DNA from: Octopus sinensis
Lineage: Eukaryota
Reading direction: 5' to 3'
Assembly (NCBI RefSeq): GCF_006345805.1
Contig: NC_043004.1
Coordinates: 37,944,001-38,008,000, forward strand
Length of the DNA: 64,000 nucleotides
Each line of letters begins with the position of its first letter. Within the stretch, counting starts at the first letter, position 1. The position numbers and the translations under genes were made by a program. The notes under the pieces were generated by a model that worked only from the letters and a program-made list of their open reading frames with translations, was not told where the DNA came from and did not search any database. Shown here in pieces: positions 33,325 through 46,709 of the stretch.

Positions 33325-33625
33325 TGAGGCACACGGCCTAGTGGTTAGAGCAGCGGACTCGCAGTCGAGGGATCGTGGGTTGGAATCTCAGACCGGGTGA
33401 TGTGTGTGTTAATGAGCGAAATCACCTAAGCTCCACGCGGCTCCGGCAGAAGGTAATGGCGAACTTCTGCTGACCCTTTCGCCACAACTTTCTCTCACTC
33501 TTTCCTCCTGCATCTTGCAGCTCAGCTGCGACGGACCGGCGTCCCGTCCAGGTGGGGAATCCTATACGCCAAGAAACCGGGAAACCGGCCCTTATGAGCC
33601 AGGCATGACTCGAGAAGGAACTCAC
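33325..33625 (+). mobile_element. SINE family D, alternative 3' tail
   Basis: Head GAGGCACACGGCCTAGTGGTTAGAGCAGCGGACTC; tail as in 15810-16113. Confidence 0.85.
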
Positions 33626-34003
33626 AAAACTCTTGATTACGACTCCAATAGATATAAACTTCACTTGCCTCAATGAAGTTCCACTAACATTCAGAGGGTA
33701 CATTGGGAAGACTTTCTTGAGAGGATCACTGTCTCAGCCCTCACAAAATTTCTTCTCTTATGCTTTTCAGCGCTCATCAGTGAAGCCTGTTCAGGTCATT
33801 GCGATGATAATGGTTGCTTTGATGAAGTTGTATAGTTTCAGTCTTGACTCGATTGAGCAAACTCGACCAAAGTTATTCTATTCATAGCCAGGCTGCCTTA
33901 TTTTCAGATATAGCATCCTTAGGGTTATATCATTCAATATGTCTTCTTGCAAGATGATAAAATGTAACTGACCGCTATTTCTAACGGGTTGATCGACCAC
34001 ATA

Positions 34004-34217
34004 CGAAGGGGTGCTGAAAATTTCCTGGTTTTAAGGTTATTGTGAAAAGCCTGGTTAGACGCCCGACCATCCGATTTCTTTTACAGGGCTTAGAAAAACT
34101 GAAGGATCACTACAATACATGTGTGAATCTGAGAGGGGACTATGGTGGATAAAATCATAATTAACTGGTCCTCCTGAATTTTCTTTTATCCAAAGCCAGG
34201 GACTTTTCAGCACCTCG
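34004..34217 (+). mobile_element. Internally deleted mariner derivative (MITE)
   Basis: TIRs CGAAGGGGTGCTGAAAATTTCCTGG / CCAGGGACTTTTCAGCACCTCG; internal GLEKLKDHYNTCVNLRGDY is a mariner C-terminus. Confidence 0.75.
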
Positions 34218-35921
34218 CTTCCTGTAGAGGACTTCTTGTTAGTTGGTGATGATGATGATGATGATGATGATAACGTTTTGTCGCAGATATTGTTAGCGTT
34301 GTTGTTATTATTGTTGCTCTTGTCATGCTTATTGTTGCTCTTGTCATGTTGAGGGAGATCTGCATTCTATTTCTCATTGGATTGAAGTGTGATGGTGTTC
34401 CGCGTGGTATTTGGCCATAGGTCATCTTGATCAAGCAGACCTATAGTCAAAGGTATTTTGATCAAGTTCAACTCGTTTTATTTTAAGCATACCATATCTA
34501 GAAATATATCTGCCTATGTGTCTTTTAAGAAGATGGTGTTTGATTTGAAGGAGGTAGGCTGCTATTTCTTGCTTGTTTAACTACCATATAGAGACAAAGA
34601 TGGTGGAAGCGACAGGGTAGGTGATGCTGTTGCCTAGCCCACATGATAGCACTGACCATCGCCATATTGTTTTAGAGGCATTTTATATCATTTCATCTGA
34701 CGTATTATTTCTATACTTCAGAAAGTAGCAAATGATTTGAAGAAATTTGGTTGCTATTACTATGAGATCGAGTAACACCATTAAAGCGTCACGTTGGATC
34801 GTTGCTTCTCACGGTGGTGGTAATGATGAGGGTGAAGATAACGACAGAGAAAGTATTGATGTGCTGATAGTGATATTAAAAGCGATGAAATTTTGATTAA
34901 CTTATATTGCTTGAGTAAGTTACCTTCCTTATTTTTAGATTTTAAAAATACCCTAAGAAAGTTTTTATGGATTAATTGCATGGGTAATCTCTGTTTTATA
35001 TTCATTATATTACAAAAGTGAGACCCAACTGCTTGTGTACTCAAAATGCAGATATTGCTCGCTTGAGATATTTTCTTCTCGTCATGTTGACAATGGTGAT
35101 AATGCTGCTTGTTACGGTCACGGTATATGAAGTCATATTGTGTGTCGTTTTGGTGCAACAGTGTACGACATAAGCGACATCTGGTATTTAATACACACCT
35201 ATGAAGCGCAAACGCATTTTCTAAAACAGACAAGCAAATAAGTATAGCCAGCTGCTGTCTGTACATCACAGCGGGTGGCTGCAGACGTCATTGTTTGATG
35301 GGAACGAACTCTTCGAGGCCTAAGAGAAGGAGATTGGGATTTCCATAGCCGCCGGCGATATGCGAATTGAGTACAAAAAGATGTGAAGCTGTTATAATTA
35401 TCACTGCTGTTGCTCTTCTACACTGGATTAACACGCACCAAGCAAAGTATATGATCAAAGACGTTCCAGTCGTAGCCATTCGTCTTTATTCAGGTACAGT
35501 ATATCAAGGACCACATTATCTAACCTGTCATTCCCGTTTTAAGACGGTAGGGTGTGATTTTAGAGTGGGCCAGCAACCGTGAAGAGGTTTCCCCGTTGGC
35601 TCAAAAAGGATATTGTTGTTTAGCTCCAGGTCATCAGAGATTGAGCAATACCTATGATCAAAGACGCCTCAGTCGTGACTGTCACGTCATCTTTTCTGAC
35701 GTTTTAAGTTGGTAGGACATCATTTGATAGTTATTTTGCTGCTATTTTTATCAGATACTGTGGCTACATGGAAAATTTTACGTTGACCCTTACATGATTT
35801 CATTACTTCTACCATCCACTTTTGCGGATGGTAAAGGATATAATGTAAGGAACTGTTCGGTGTAGCATCAATAAAAATAAACGTTCCGTAATTTATTGGC
35901 AGACTGATTACCAGTGATAGA

Positions 35922-36306
35922 GTGGAGGCGCAATGGCCCAGTGGTTAGGGCAGCGGACTCGCGGTCATAGGATCGCGGTTTCGATTCCCAGACCGGGCGT
36001 TGTGAGTGTTTATTGAGCGAAAACACCTAAAAGCTCCACGAGGCTCCGGCAGGGGATGGTGGTGATCCCTGCTGTACTCTTTCACCACAACTTTCTCTCA
36101 CTCTTACTTCCTGTTTCTGTTGTACCTGTATTTCAAGGGGCCGGCCTTGTCATTCTCTGTGTTACGCTGAATATCCCCGAGAACTACGTTAAGGGTGCAC
36201 GTGTCTGTGGAGTGCTCAGCCACTTACACGTTAATTTCACGAGCAGGCTGTTCCGTTGATTCGGATCAACTGGAACCCTCATCGTCGTAACCGACGGAGT
36301 GCTTCC
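35922..36306 (+). mobile_element. Full-length tRNA-derived SINE family D with 12-bp TSD
   Basis: A-box TGGCCCAGTGG and B-box GGTTTCGATTCC; ACCAGTGATAGA at 35910-35921 and 36307-36318. Confidence 0.9.
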
Positions 36307-37433
36307 ACCAGTGATAGACAAAATAATTTAATTTTCGATATTTAGTTGCATACATTAACGCCCTGAGTTCAAATCTCGCTGAGTTCGATTTTGTCTTTCA
36401 TTCTTTCGGGGCCGATAAAATAAGTATCAATCGAGTACTACACTCATGACTGAGTTGAGGGTTGCGTCTGTTATAAATCAATTATATCAAGAGTAAAATC
36501 TGGAACCCAGTGACACTGGCCAGGTTCTGCGTCGACAGCAATGGTTAAAATAAGTCAGAGAGTTTGAAAGTGTTAATAATATTTTCATGAGGAGAGGAAA
36601 TAACGTTTCAAATTAGGGATCCTCAATAGAGGACCTGGACCTAAAATATCAGATTTTTCCGTTCCTCACGTTTACAAAACTTATTCACACCGATAAACTT
36701 CAATTAATTATAAAGCTTTAATGCCAGCTATTACGCCTTTTGATAAAGATATCAACAATAACGTCTAATATAGGCTGAAAACCACACAATGTGGAGAAGC
36801 GTACCATTAGATCGATCCCAGTATTTGACTGTTTTTATTTTTTTTATCGAACTCTGAGATTAAAAAGGTAAATCTGACTTCGGTGGGGTTTGAAAAAACG
36901 TAAAAGGAATGGGACGAAAATACCGCCATTTTGCCTGATTTTCTATCGATTCTGCCAAGATTCTTAAACTTTGGCACAAAACCACAAAAGGTAAAAGCAA
37001 CAATATCGGCGACCCCGGAGGTATGTATATGATAACGTAAGCCTCAACAGGACGTAACTAAATAAAGGTAAGGCATTTAGTTGGACAATCTACTTTTAAT
37101 GCTGTCCCACCGCCTTCATTTATTGTAATAGTTCCCTCCTTGTTGAAAATAAGATTTATTTTGTCAATAGTAAAAGTGATTATTTGGATTCGATTATTTT
37201 ATTGATACACCTCTTTGGTGATCTTATTGCTATATAATCCAAGGTTAACTACAGTCGAACCGACCTATGATGAAAGGCGTTTTAGCCACAACCATCTTGC
37301 TGTATATATAGAACTAATCATTCTTTAATGTATCTTTCTTTCTTGAAGCGCTTGTGACATAAGGGACAATTGGCTGCTACTTCTTGGTACTTATTATTGT
37401 TGTTGATTAGTTTTTACTGGCCGATGTCATCTT

Positions 37434-37591
37434 CATAGTGGCTGTGTGGTAAGTAGCTTGCTTATGAACCACATAGTCCCGGGTTCAGTCCCACTGCGTG
37501 GCACCTTGGGCAAGTGTCTTCTACTATAGCCTCGTGCCGACTAAAGCCTTGTGAGTGGATTTGGTAGACGGGAACTGTAATAAGTCTGTCG

Positions 37592-37622
<31 letters not shown>

Positions 37623-37833
37623 ATGTGTGTGTATATGTTTGTGTGTCTGTGTTTGTCCCCCCCCCCAACATCGCTTGACAACCGATGCTGGTGTGTTTAC
37701 GTCCCCGGTTCGGCAAGAGAGACTGATAGAATAAGTACTAGGTTTACAAAGAATAGTCCAGGAGTCGATTTGTTCGACTAAAGGCGGTGCTACAGCATGG
37801 CCACAGTCAAATGACTGAAACAAGTAAAAGAGT
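37434..37833 (+). mobile_element. SINE family B copy
   Basis: TGGCTGTGTGGTAAG head, GGTTCAGTCCC, tail CAGCATGGCCACAGTCAAATGACTGAAACAAGTAAAAGAG. Confidence 0.9.
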
Positions 37834-38140
37834 CGTCATCGCGGCGGTTGCTGCTGACTCGACGAGACTCACTACTACTACGACGACGGTGATGACAGTG
37901 GTGGCAGTGGTGATGACAATGATATTCTTTATTTGCTGCTTGGAAAGTATTTATTGCAATCAGCGTATACATTTCGATCTTTGGTGCAAAGATAATATCT
38001 GCAAAAGAGATAAAGACACTTATCTGGTGCTACTTCCGTAAAACAATATAAAATGAGTTAAATGTAGTTTTATCGAAAATAAAATCGAAAATAATTTGTG
38101 CAAACTTCGGTGTATGAAATGGATGCTGCATAGGTATCCT

Positions 38141-38515
38141 CTGTGTGAAAAGTCTGGCTGCATACACGTTAGCATATGTTAGGTGCATACAACTGACAAC
38201 ACAGTTAATTAAGATTTATTCAGTGAGTTCTATTCAACACATGTTTACACGTGGAATCCATTAGATGAAGGCATTTTCAAAGTTTTGGCCGATAAAGTTG
38301 AACTGAAAAACCCTAAAACGAGGCATGAATTGCACGAAGCCGTCTTGCAGTCTTGGGAAGAGCTATCTGAACGGAAAATTCATGGATGTATTCAACATCA
38401 AACTTGTGTTCGGCGTCAAATAGTTGACTGTCGTGGTGGTAACAGATTCGTGTAATAAGTTTTGTGTTTATTTTTGTTTCATAATATATATTTTTTCGGA
38501 TGCAGCCAGACTTTT
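38141..38515 (+). mobile_element. Internally deleted Tc1/mariner element
   Basis: Inverted ends AAAAGTCTGGCTGCAT / ATGCAGCCAGACTTTT; internal NPLDEGIFKVLADKV...ELHEAVLQSWEEL...RQIVDCRGG. Confidence 0.65.
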
Positions 38516-38519
38516 AGAA

Positions 38520-38860
38520 AAGAGAACAAGTTATACTACTACCCTCTGAGATCCCCTTCGGTCATGACTGACCATGGGATTGCACCTAGAAAGTTACCCT
38601 CCCAGGCACAAGTCCGGGCAAGGTTGTTTATAGAAGACCAGCAGTCGCCCATGCAAAACGGCCTCCCCTCTTCACGCCACCTGTGTTATCCAAGAGAAAG
38701 GCAAAGGCCAATACAGCTTGGCACCTGTGACGTCGCAACTCATTTCTACAGCTGAGTGAACAAGAGTATCTTGCTCAAGAGGGTCTTGCTCAAGAACACA
38801 ACACCCAACCCGGTCAGGGATTCGAGCTCACGATCGTAAGCTCGACGCTCTAACCACAGC
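38520..38860 (-). mobile_element. tRNA-derived SINE with a CORE-like centre and a distinct tail
   Basis: Minus strand GTGGTTAGAGCG...GCTCGAATCCC...GTTCTTGAGCAAG...TCACTCAGCTGTAGAAATGAGT. Confidence 0.65.
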
Positions 38861-39397
38861 CTCGTTAAATTGTAACAAATAAGAGCCATGTGACTTTTAT
38901 TATAACTTCGGGCGAATCCAAACCTTGTGAGTGAATTCGAGGAAATGCAAATAGTGTGGATGGCCGTCAACTTGTTCGGATCAATAAATCATGTTAGTTT
39001 CTCGCTAGCTGGAATATCTCATCTGTACACACCACAACTACAGATGAGAGCAATGGTTCGCAAGCTGAACTGGTTCATTCTGGCAGTTGACAATTTCAAT
39101 GCTCGTCCGCTCAGCATCTAATGATATTCGCTATTGACTCGAATGCGTTCATCTGCCTAAGTTGTTCACGTGCATCCTGCTGCATCCCATGATTACAACG
39201 TACTCTGGCTTAGATGGTTACATACTATTTAATCCGTAGCTGGAATGCTGGCAGCTTCCACTACTTCAGGTCTGAGTAGAGCTGGGAGCCTAGCTGCCTA
39301 AGAGGTGATTCCACGCTCCTCAAGACCTGAAATTCTCGAGCTAGGGCTCCACTACCGGATGTAGCTTAAAGTCATACCCAGGACATACATACATACA

Positions 39398-39431
<34 letters not shown>

Positions 39432-39469
39432 CATACATACATATGAACATGTCTAGATATGTAACTATA

Positions 39470-39660
39470 TGCATGAGATTAGATTACATAAAACATACAT
39501 ACATAAAACATACATATATGCAAACATACATACAAACAAAAATATCCTGTTGTTAATGTTGAAATTCCAATGAAAGAACCTTCGATCTAGGTTAGAAACC
39601 GGTTCTTTCTCTATTGGCAAGAAATCTTGAAATAAAATTGAATAATGACATAAATACATG
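39470..39660 (+). mobile_element. RLE-type LINE 3'UTR fragment
   Basis: Reverse-complement match to 7985-8110. Confidence 0.75.
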
Positions 39661-39841
39661 TCAAAGGATGTATTTTCGAATCACTATGACCTTTCACCTT
39701 TCGTTTTTTTTTGTTTTTCTCCTATATTTATATATTTTCATTCTCTCTCCGTTATAAATATGCTATAAACGATATGATCCCTTGTAATTGGCAGTTGATA
39801 ATTTCTTCTACTATACATACATACATGCATACATACATACA

Positions 39842-39875
<34 letters not shown>

Positions 39876-40145
39876 CATACATATATACATACATACATAC
39901 ATACGTAAATACATACATACGTAAATACATACATACTCACATATAAGTGTATGTGAGTGTATGTTTTCATACACGCATGCATACATATGTATGTGTGTGT
40001 GTGTGTGTGTCTGTGTCGTGTTTGTGTGTGTACGAGGAGAGCGAGCAAGCGAGTGGGCAAGAGAGAGAGCGAGAAAGTGAGAGAGAGAGAAGAGAGAGAC
40101 AGACAAATAAGCAGACAGAAATCTGAGTGTGTATATATATATATA

Positions 40146-40214
<69 letters not shown>

Positions 40215-40785
40215 GTGTACGCGCTTGTGTATCTGAGGTTATCCATGCCGCCGTGCCGGAGGGGAATTTATGTTTAAGATGAGGAGCCCACTCATCTCGA
40301 CAACGAGAAGCTGGGAAGAACAGGCACGGACGTTCTTTAATTTCCCTAACTTCTTGAAATAAACCGAGAATGCACAACTGTTAGAGAAAATGGCCATTAT
40401 CGAATTTAATAGACAACGGTTTAGCGGACAAGAAATATCCATGTATATACAAGCATGTGTACGTACGAGTACACATACACATATACATGCGCGTGGACAT
40501 ACCCACATACATACAGAGGCAATATTGACTTGTACTCCGTAGATATGAGGACGCACAAACGCTGACACACTTTTATAGGTGTTATAGAATCGCCGCAACA
40601 CTTCAGTAACACAACTGTACCACGAGTCAAAAAATTCCATACTGCCACAATTACATTTTTAAAATGCCATAACAAAGCAACGTCTCAACGACTTGGTAGA
40701 AACTTGTTAGAAAGCCTCTCTCTTTCTCCCTTCATCTCTCTCACTCTCTCTTTCTCCCTTCATATCTCTCACTCTATCTCTCTCT

Positions 40786-40832
<47 letters not shown>

Positions 40833-40843
40833 CTATATATGTA

Positions 40844-41068
40844 TATTTCTTTACTGCCCACAAGGGGCTAAACATAGAGGGGGCAAACAAGGACAGACAA
40901 AGGGAGTAAGTCGATTACATCGACCCCAGTGCGAAACTGCTACTTTATTTATCGACCCCGAAAGGATTAAAGGTAAAGTCGACCTCGGCGGAATTTGAAC
41001 TCAGAACGTAACGACAGACGAAATACCGCTAAGCATTTCGCCCGGCGCGCTAACGTTTCTGCCAGCTC
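40844..41068 (-). mobile_element. SINE family A copy
   Basis: Near full-length reverse complement of 8556-8787. Confidence 0.9.
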
Positions 41069-41273
41069 TATATATGATTGACGTTTAGGCGCGTGGTCAA
41101 CGGTTAGGGTGTTAGGTTCACGAGTGTAAGAGTCTATTTACGATTCTAAGCCGTATAGCGCGTTGAAGTATTGTGCAAAGCGCTTCGTTTCACGTTGCTG
41201 CTTCAGTTCACGCAGCTACAAACAGGAAAAAGACAAGGAAAACTCAACCGACTATCAGTTTCTTAGGGTTAAC

Positions 41274-41702
41274 GGATCTTTTCGGTTTGAACGGCAGTTT
41301 TTAACATAATTTTCTAGGTAACTAAAAAATTTTAAACTTCGTATACTGGTAGAATGTGTTTATAAAACATCTTTTTCTCTTGGCTTTATTGAGAAAATTC
41401 TATAGTTTGTAAGATATTTGTTGTTTTTTTCTTCAATTTATGCAATTTCAACCAATCAGTAACGTCTATTGAGTTAAAAAGCATTCTGTGCCGTATGAAT
41501 ATGCCCCTCGTTTAAGAAACAGATTGGGTTTATTTACATTTGTGAAGAAAAAAAAGATACCTTTCCCCCTCTCCTAACCCTAACCCTAACCCTAACCCTA
41601 AAAGAGATTGAAATGCAATAGATCGATTCTAGGGTCATAATTATGGGTAACAATTTCATATGACACCGCTAGAAAAAACTGCCGTTCAAACCGAAAAGAT
41701 CC
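41274..41702. mobile_element. MITE with 8-bp TSD and GG termini, carrying telomere-type (CCCTAA)n repeats
   Basis: TIRs GGATCTTTTCGGTTTGAACGGCAGTTTTT / AAAAACTGCCGTTCAAACCGAAAAGATCC; GGGTTAAC at 41266-41273 and 41703-41710; CCTAACCCTAACCCTAACCCTAACCCTAA at about 41573-41601. Confidence 0.92.
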
Positions 41703-41893
41703 GGGTTAACATTGCGTCTGATCGATGTCCAGTTTAGAGATGACGTATTATATTTTTGGGTATTTATACGTTACGGAAACCGACTTACCTTCTGGCTTAA
41801 CGAACCCGAAAATTTAATCGATGCTCATTTAATCGACCCTGGGAAGGATGAAAGCCAAAGTAAACATCAGCAGGTCGGAATGGACTTACTACT

Positions 41894-42083
41894 ATACTCT
41901 TTTTTACTTGTTTTAGTCATTTGACTGCGGCCATGCTGGAGAAGCGCCTTTAGTCGACCCCAGGACTTATTCGTTGTAAGCCTAGTACTTATTCTATCGG
42001 TCCCTTTTGCCGAACTGCTAAGTTACGGGAACGTAAACACACCAGCATCGGTTATCAAACGATGTTGTGGGGACAAACACAGG

Positions 42084-42121
<38 letters not shown>

Positions 42122-42287
42122 ACACACACACACTCACACACACATATATATATACATATATACGACGGTCTTTCAGTTTCCGTCTAACAAATCCACTCAC
42201 AAGGCTTTGATCGGCCCGAGGCTATAGTAGAAGCCACTTGCCCAACGTGCCACGCAGTGGGACTGAACCCGGAACCATGTGGTTAGT
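41894..42287 (-). mobile_element. SINE family B copy
   Basis: Tail, internal CA tract and head in reverse orientation. Confidence 0.85.
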
Positions 42288-42307
42288 ATATATATATATA
42301 TTATATG

Positions 42308-42505
42308 ATCGTTAGCACACCAGACAAAATGCTTAGCGGCGCTTCGTCCGTCATTATGTTCTGAATACAAATTCCACCGAGGTCGACTTTGCTTTTCATT
42401 CTTCGTGGTCGATAATGTAAGTACCAGTTGAACGCTGGAGTCGATATAATCGACAATCTCCTCTACTAGAATTTCAGGCCTTGTGCCAACAGCAAAAATA
42501 ATTAT
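42308..42505 (+). mobile_element. SINE family A, alternative 3' end
   Basis: Family A head and body, ending AATTTCAGGCCTTGTGCC. Confidence 0.75.
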
Positions 42506-43419
42506 TACCAACTTTCCTGTTATGTTTCTTATCCCTTTCTTCTTGCTACTCTCTCTCTCTCTATTTCTTTTCCTCTCTCTCTCTCTCTCTCTTTCTCTGC
42601 TTCCCTTTTCATGCCTCTCTCTCTCTCAGACAGCCATTTTTTTACCAGTGTTTCTGTATCTCTCCTTCTCTCTATACACCTCTCTTGCTCTCTTATCTCT
42701 TTCTCACGCCTATTATATATATAACGTTTTAACTCCTTAAGTCCCACCTCACCTCACCTCACACCACCATTCATTCTCCAGTTTGTGCTCCACTCCCCAT
42801 GTCTATCAAAATACTTCTGTTACTTCTCCCGCTGGTTCCCCTCACCATCGCCCCCATACTGTCAGTCTCGTTCGCTTTTGTCCACACTGACCACTTTTTC
42901 ACGTCATGAGTTGATAAGACTGAAAGTTCACATTACCATCTCAAGTACTTAAGATGTCTTTATCAGCGGAAGCCGATCACAAGTGTCTTTGACAAGATGG
43001 CGGCTGTTAAGACAACCGGTCTCAAGAAAGAGCTCTGATAGTAGCTAAGAATTATTCTGCAACCTAGTAACTAACGGCTTCTAGCGCTTGATTTCTTGTA
43101 CTCAACAAATGGATCGAATCTGTTAGCCACACATATGTCACTAACACCACCAATGTAAATGTACAAAGCGAAACACTCGCTCACCTCCATATATACAAAT
43201 GTATATAAACATATTTAAGCATACATACACACGAACACACTGAATAATACAAACACACACACATGCATCTATAAATATACATGGCAGAAGGTAGTTGCTT
43301 CTGAAGTAAGGTGGCGAGATGTAGTGGGGGGGGTGACTAAATGTAGCGGGGTGGATAGATGTGGTAGCGTGGAAAGATGTGCCGGCGGAGTGTGGATAGT
43401 TGCAGTGGGGTGGATAAAC

Positions 43420-43438
43420 GTGGTGTGTAGACTGTAAG

Positions 43439-43474
<36 letters not shown>

Positions 43475-43930
43475 CGACGGCGGTGGGGATGATGATGGTG
43501 ATCGTTATGGTGATGATGGTGATGGTGACGGTGATGGTAATGGTGATGATGATGACTGTGATGATAGTTGCATTGGACACAACTTTAGCAAAGGAAAAGA
43601 GAAATTAAAAACACGATTAGAAGCTATTGAAGGTCGGTGGTAGTGGTGGTAGTGGTAAGTGTCATGGTAGTGTTGTGGACGTGTTGAAGTGATAGTAAGG
43701 TAGTAGTAATTGTGGTAGTGAATATGGTGCGACAGAGGTGGTGGTGGTGGTGGTGGTGATGGTATTGATGATGATGATGTGTCGATAGAGCTTCGTCTGG
43801 AGAATAACGTTGTGAAAGTCAAGTCTGTAGAGGTAGTATAGGTGAGGGTGGGGTTAGTGATGGGGGATTGTGGCGATGGACATAATGGCAATGGTCTTGA
43901 TAAAGGGTGGTGGTGGTGTTGGTAGTATGG
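43420..43930. repeat. Low-complexity (GAT)n/(GGT)n trinucleotide region
   Basis: Directly visible. Confidence 0.85.
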
Positions 43931-44335
43931 TTGACATTGATTTTTCCGGTGGTCATGGTGACGTTGCTGCTGCAGCTGCTTAGCTTTAGATTAGTTCCGG
44001 TCCAATAGACCTATAATCAAAGGCGCTCCATTTATGGCCATTCTGTCTTGTATTCAAACCTACTTTAAGATTACAGTTATCTTTTAATCTTTCATCGTTT
44101 GTGTGTTTCAACTACTGAACTGGCTGCGGCTATGCTGGGGCATTGCCTTGTAGGCAATGCTCCAGCATTTAATTGAATAAATCGGCCTCGGTACTTCTAT
44201 TTAACTTTTTTCAGTAACTTTTGCCGAACCGCTTGGTCACGGGAACATAAACAAAACAACACTGATTGTCAAGCGGTGGTGGGGGACAAATACAACATAA
44301 ACGCAAAGATACGGCTATATATATATATATATATA

Positions 44336-44370
<35 letters not shown>

Positions 44371-44386
44371 TGTATGTGTTGTGTGT

Positions 44387-44472
<86 letters not shown>

Positions 44473-44655
44473 TGTGTGGTGTGTGTGTGTGTGTGTACGA
44501 TGGTAATCCCCAAAGTAAGGTCTCCAAAGCGCTTGGGACACACAGAAACTGTACGTTCGGCTATTGGCAACACTATTGTGTTTGTTGTGCATGCGCCTGC
44601 TCTGGCGCGCGCCTCGCTGTCACGCTCAATCTTGGCTTAGCAGTCGTATCTGATG

Positions 44656-44810
44656 GAGCTCCCGATTGACGCTATCGCCAAGTGTGAAGTTGGCGCAGTT
44701 ATTCGGTTTTTGAACACAAAACGTATTAAACCGATTGAAATTCATCGCCAGGTAACGGAAGTGTAAGGCGAGTCGTGCATAGATGTCAAAAACGTCCGCA
44801 AGTGGCGTAG
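44656..44810 (+). mobile_element. Mariner transposase N-terminal fragment
   Basis: MELPIDAIAKCEVGAVIRFLNTKRIKPIEIHRQVTEV*GESCIDVKNVRKW. Confidence 0.8.
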
Positions 44811-45395
44811 TGATCTTTGCCCAGCTATCAGGCAATTTAAATATTCCATCAACATAAAATTTTACTGGTTTTGAAGGATAAAAGTTATCTAGATGTATTT
44901 TGATTTCATCTCAATCGTTAAATGCTTTTCTTTGCAATGAGTTTGGTAGAGACAAAACTAGTGGTAGTCCGATGGCGCAATATCAGGAGAATATGGTAGA
45001 TGGGGTAAGAGATCCCAGCCAAGTTCATATAACTTTGTTCGAGTAACCAAAGACACATATGGTCGGGCATTGTCATGCTTGCCTCAATTCTTTGATCTTT
45101 TGGGGGTTTCAAATTAGCCAGCTGACGACAATACGCATCGGAATTAAGGATCTGGCTTTGTGGGAGAAGCTCATAATAATTAATGCCTTTACGATCCCAC
45201 CAAACACAAAGTATAGCTTTTTCGGCATGGATATTCGTCTTTTGGGGATCCACCAGGTTCTTTTTCAAACAACGTTTTCGTACACAATCCGTTACAAGTT
45301 GTTTCAAAACCGGCTTATTTTCATTCCATTTCAACAGTATATCAGAAACGGAATACCGACCCAAGCAATTCTTTTCTGAGAGTTTGTGAGGGACC
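44811..45395 (-). mobile_element. Mos1-like mariner catalytic-domain remnant
   Basis: NIHAEKAILCVWWDRKGINYYELLP...NSDAYCRQL; downstream frameshifted HDNARP- and YSPD-like motifs and SKPVKFYVDGIFKLPDSW. Confidence 0.8.
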
Positions 45396-45888
45396 CATAT
45401 ATTATAGTGAGAAATGTATCCTAGATTATAGTGAGAAATGTATCTGTTTGTCTGTCTGTCTACTGATTTGATGAGGATCTATTGGTATTATCAATATGAA
45501 GCGCACCACTTGTGATGGCTAGACAGTATAATAAAAATCATCAGTTGAATCAGTCCAGTCCGATATGCTATACGATCTTCAACGTCGCAGCTTATCAATA
45601 TTTGACTCTTATTTATGGTATTACCTGATGATTTGAGAGAAATATGATGTAACGGACAACGCATTCTTTTGAATTTTGCACTTTGTTATTGTTGTTTGTT
45701 CCTTCTCGAGCCACGCCTGGCTCATAATGGCTGGTTTCCCAGTCTCTTTGCGTATAGGTTCCCCACCTGGACGGGATGTACTACAATCTATGCCTTCTTG
45801 TGTATAGTAATAGTAACATCAGAATAAAATCTTTCAATAAAACAGTTGTAGTGGTGGCTAAAATTCATACATACGTACATATACATAC

Positions 45889-45978
<90 letters not shown>

Positions 45979-46039
45979 TGTGTGTGTGTTTATGTGTGGG
46001 TGAAGAGCGAGAGCGTGTGTATGTATATATGTATATATA

Positions 46040-46073
<34 letters not shown>

Positions 46074-46664
46074 ACACACACACACATAATTATATTATAT
46101 ATATATATATACAAAGAGAGAGAGAGACAGAAAGAGAGGGAAAGAGAGAGATAGAGAGAAAGGGAGAGAGAGGCGGAAAATATGTTGAAGAATGTTAAAG
46201 AAAGTGTGTTATAGATAGTTATCATATAGAGCTCAGATAAATCCGAAACTTAAGCTCTAACTCCAGGTAGCGCTGGCTATAAGAATGATCATCGTTGGGC
46301 GGGGATGAGACCTGAAAAGATAGATAAACAAAAAGTATATAAAAAAGCGTAATGAATGTATTCACATTGAATGTTGTATATACGAATAAAAGATCTAATC
46401 AGGTTTTATCTCTACAACTGTTTCGGATAAACAATGTCTGACGCAATAAATTTTATATGCAATAATGGATTCCAATAAATAATATTTTAGGTGTATGGAC
46501 TAACATGGATTTTGAGAGATTTAGTGATGCGAATAATGTTATCCTCATCAGAAGGCACTATCAAATAGCTTAGTATCAAATAGCGTGGTACAGAACAGTG
46601 TTTATATATATATATATATAATATATATATATATATATAATATATGTATAATATATGTATATAT

Positions 46665-46709
<45 letters not shown>

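Noticed and set aside
34781-35400. 162-aa minus ORF and neighbouring unique, slightly GC-richer sequence
   Set aside because: No recognisable motif in any frame I translated; cannot be supported as coding.
41573-41601. True telomere or chromosome-fusion scar
   Set aside because: Only about five repeats, located inside a TIR element with a TSD.
43269-43891. Ile/Thr- and Ser/Pro-rich ORFs
   Set aside because: Products of (GAT)n/(GGT)n low-complexity sequence.
46526-46555. Minus-strand CTGATGA-GGATAACATTATTC hammerhead-like fragment
   Set aside because: The GAAA core and stem III are missing; at most a dead relic.
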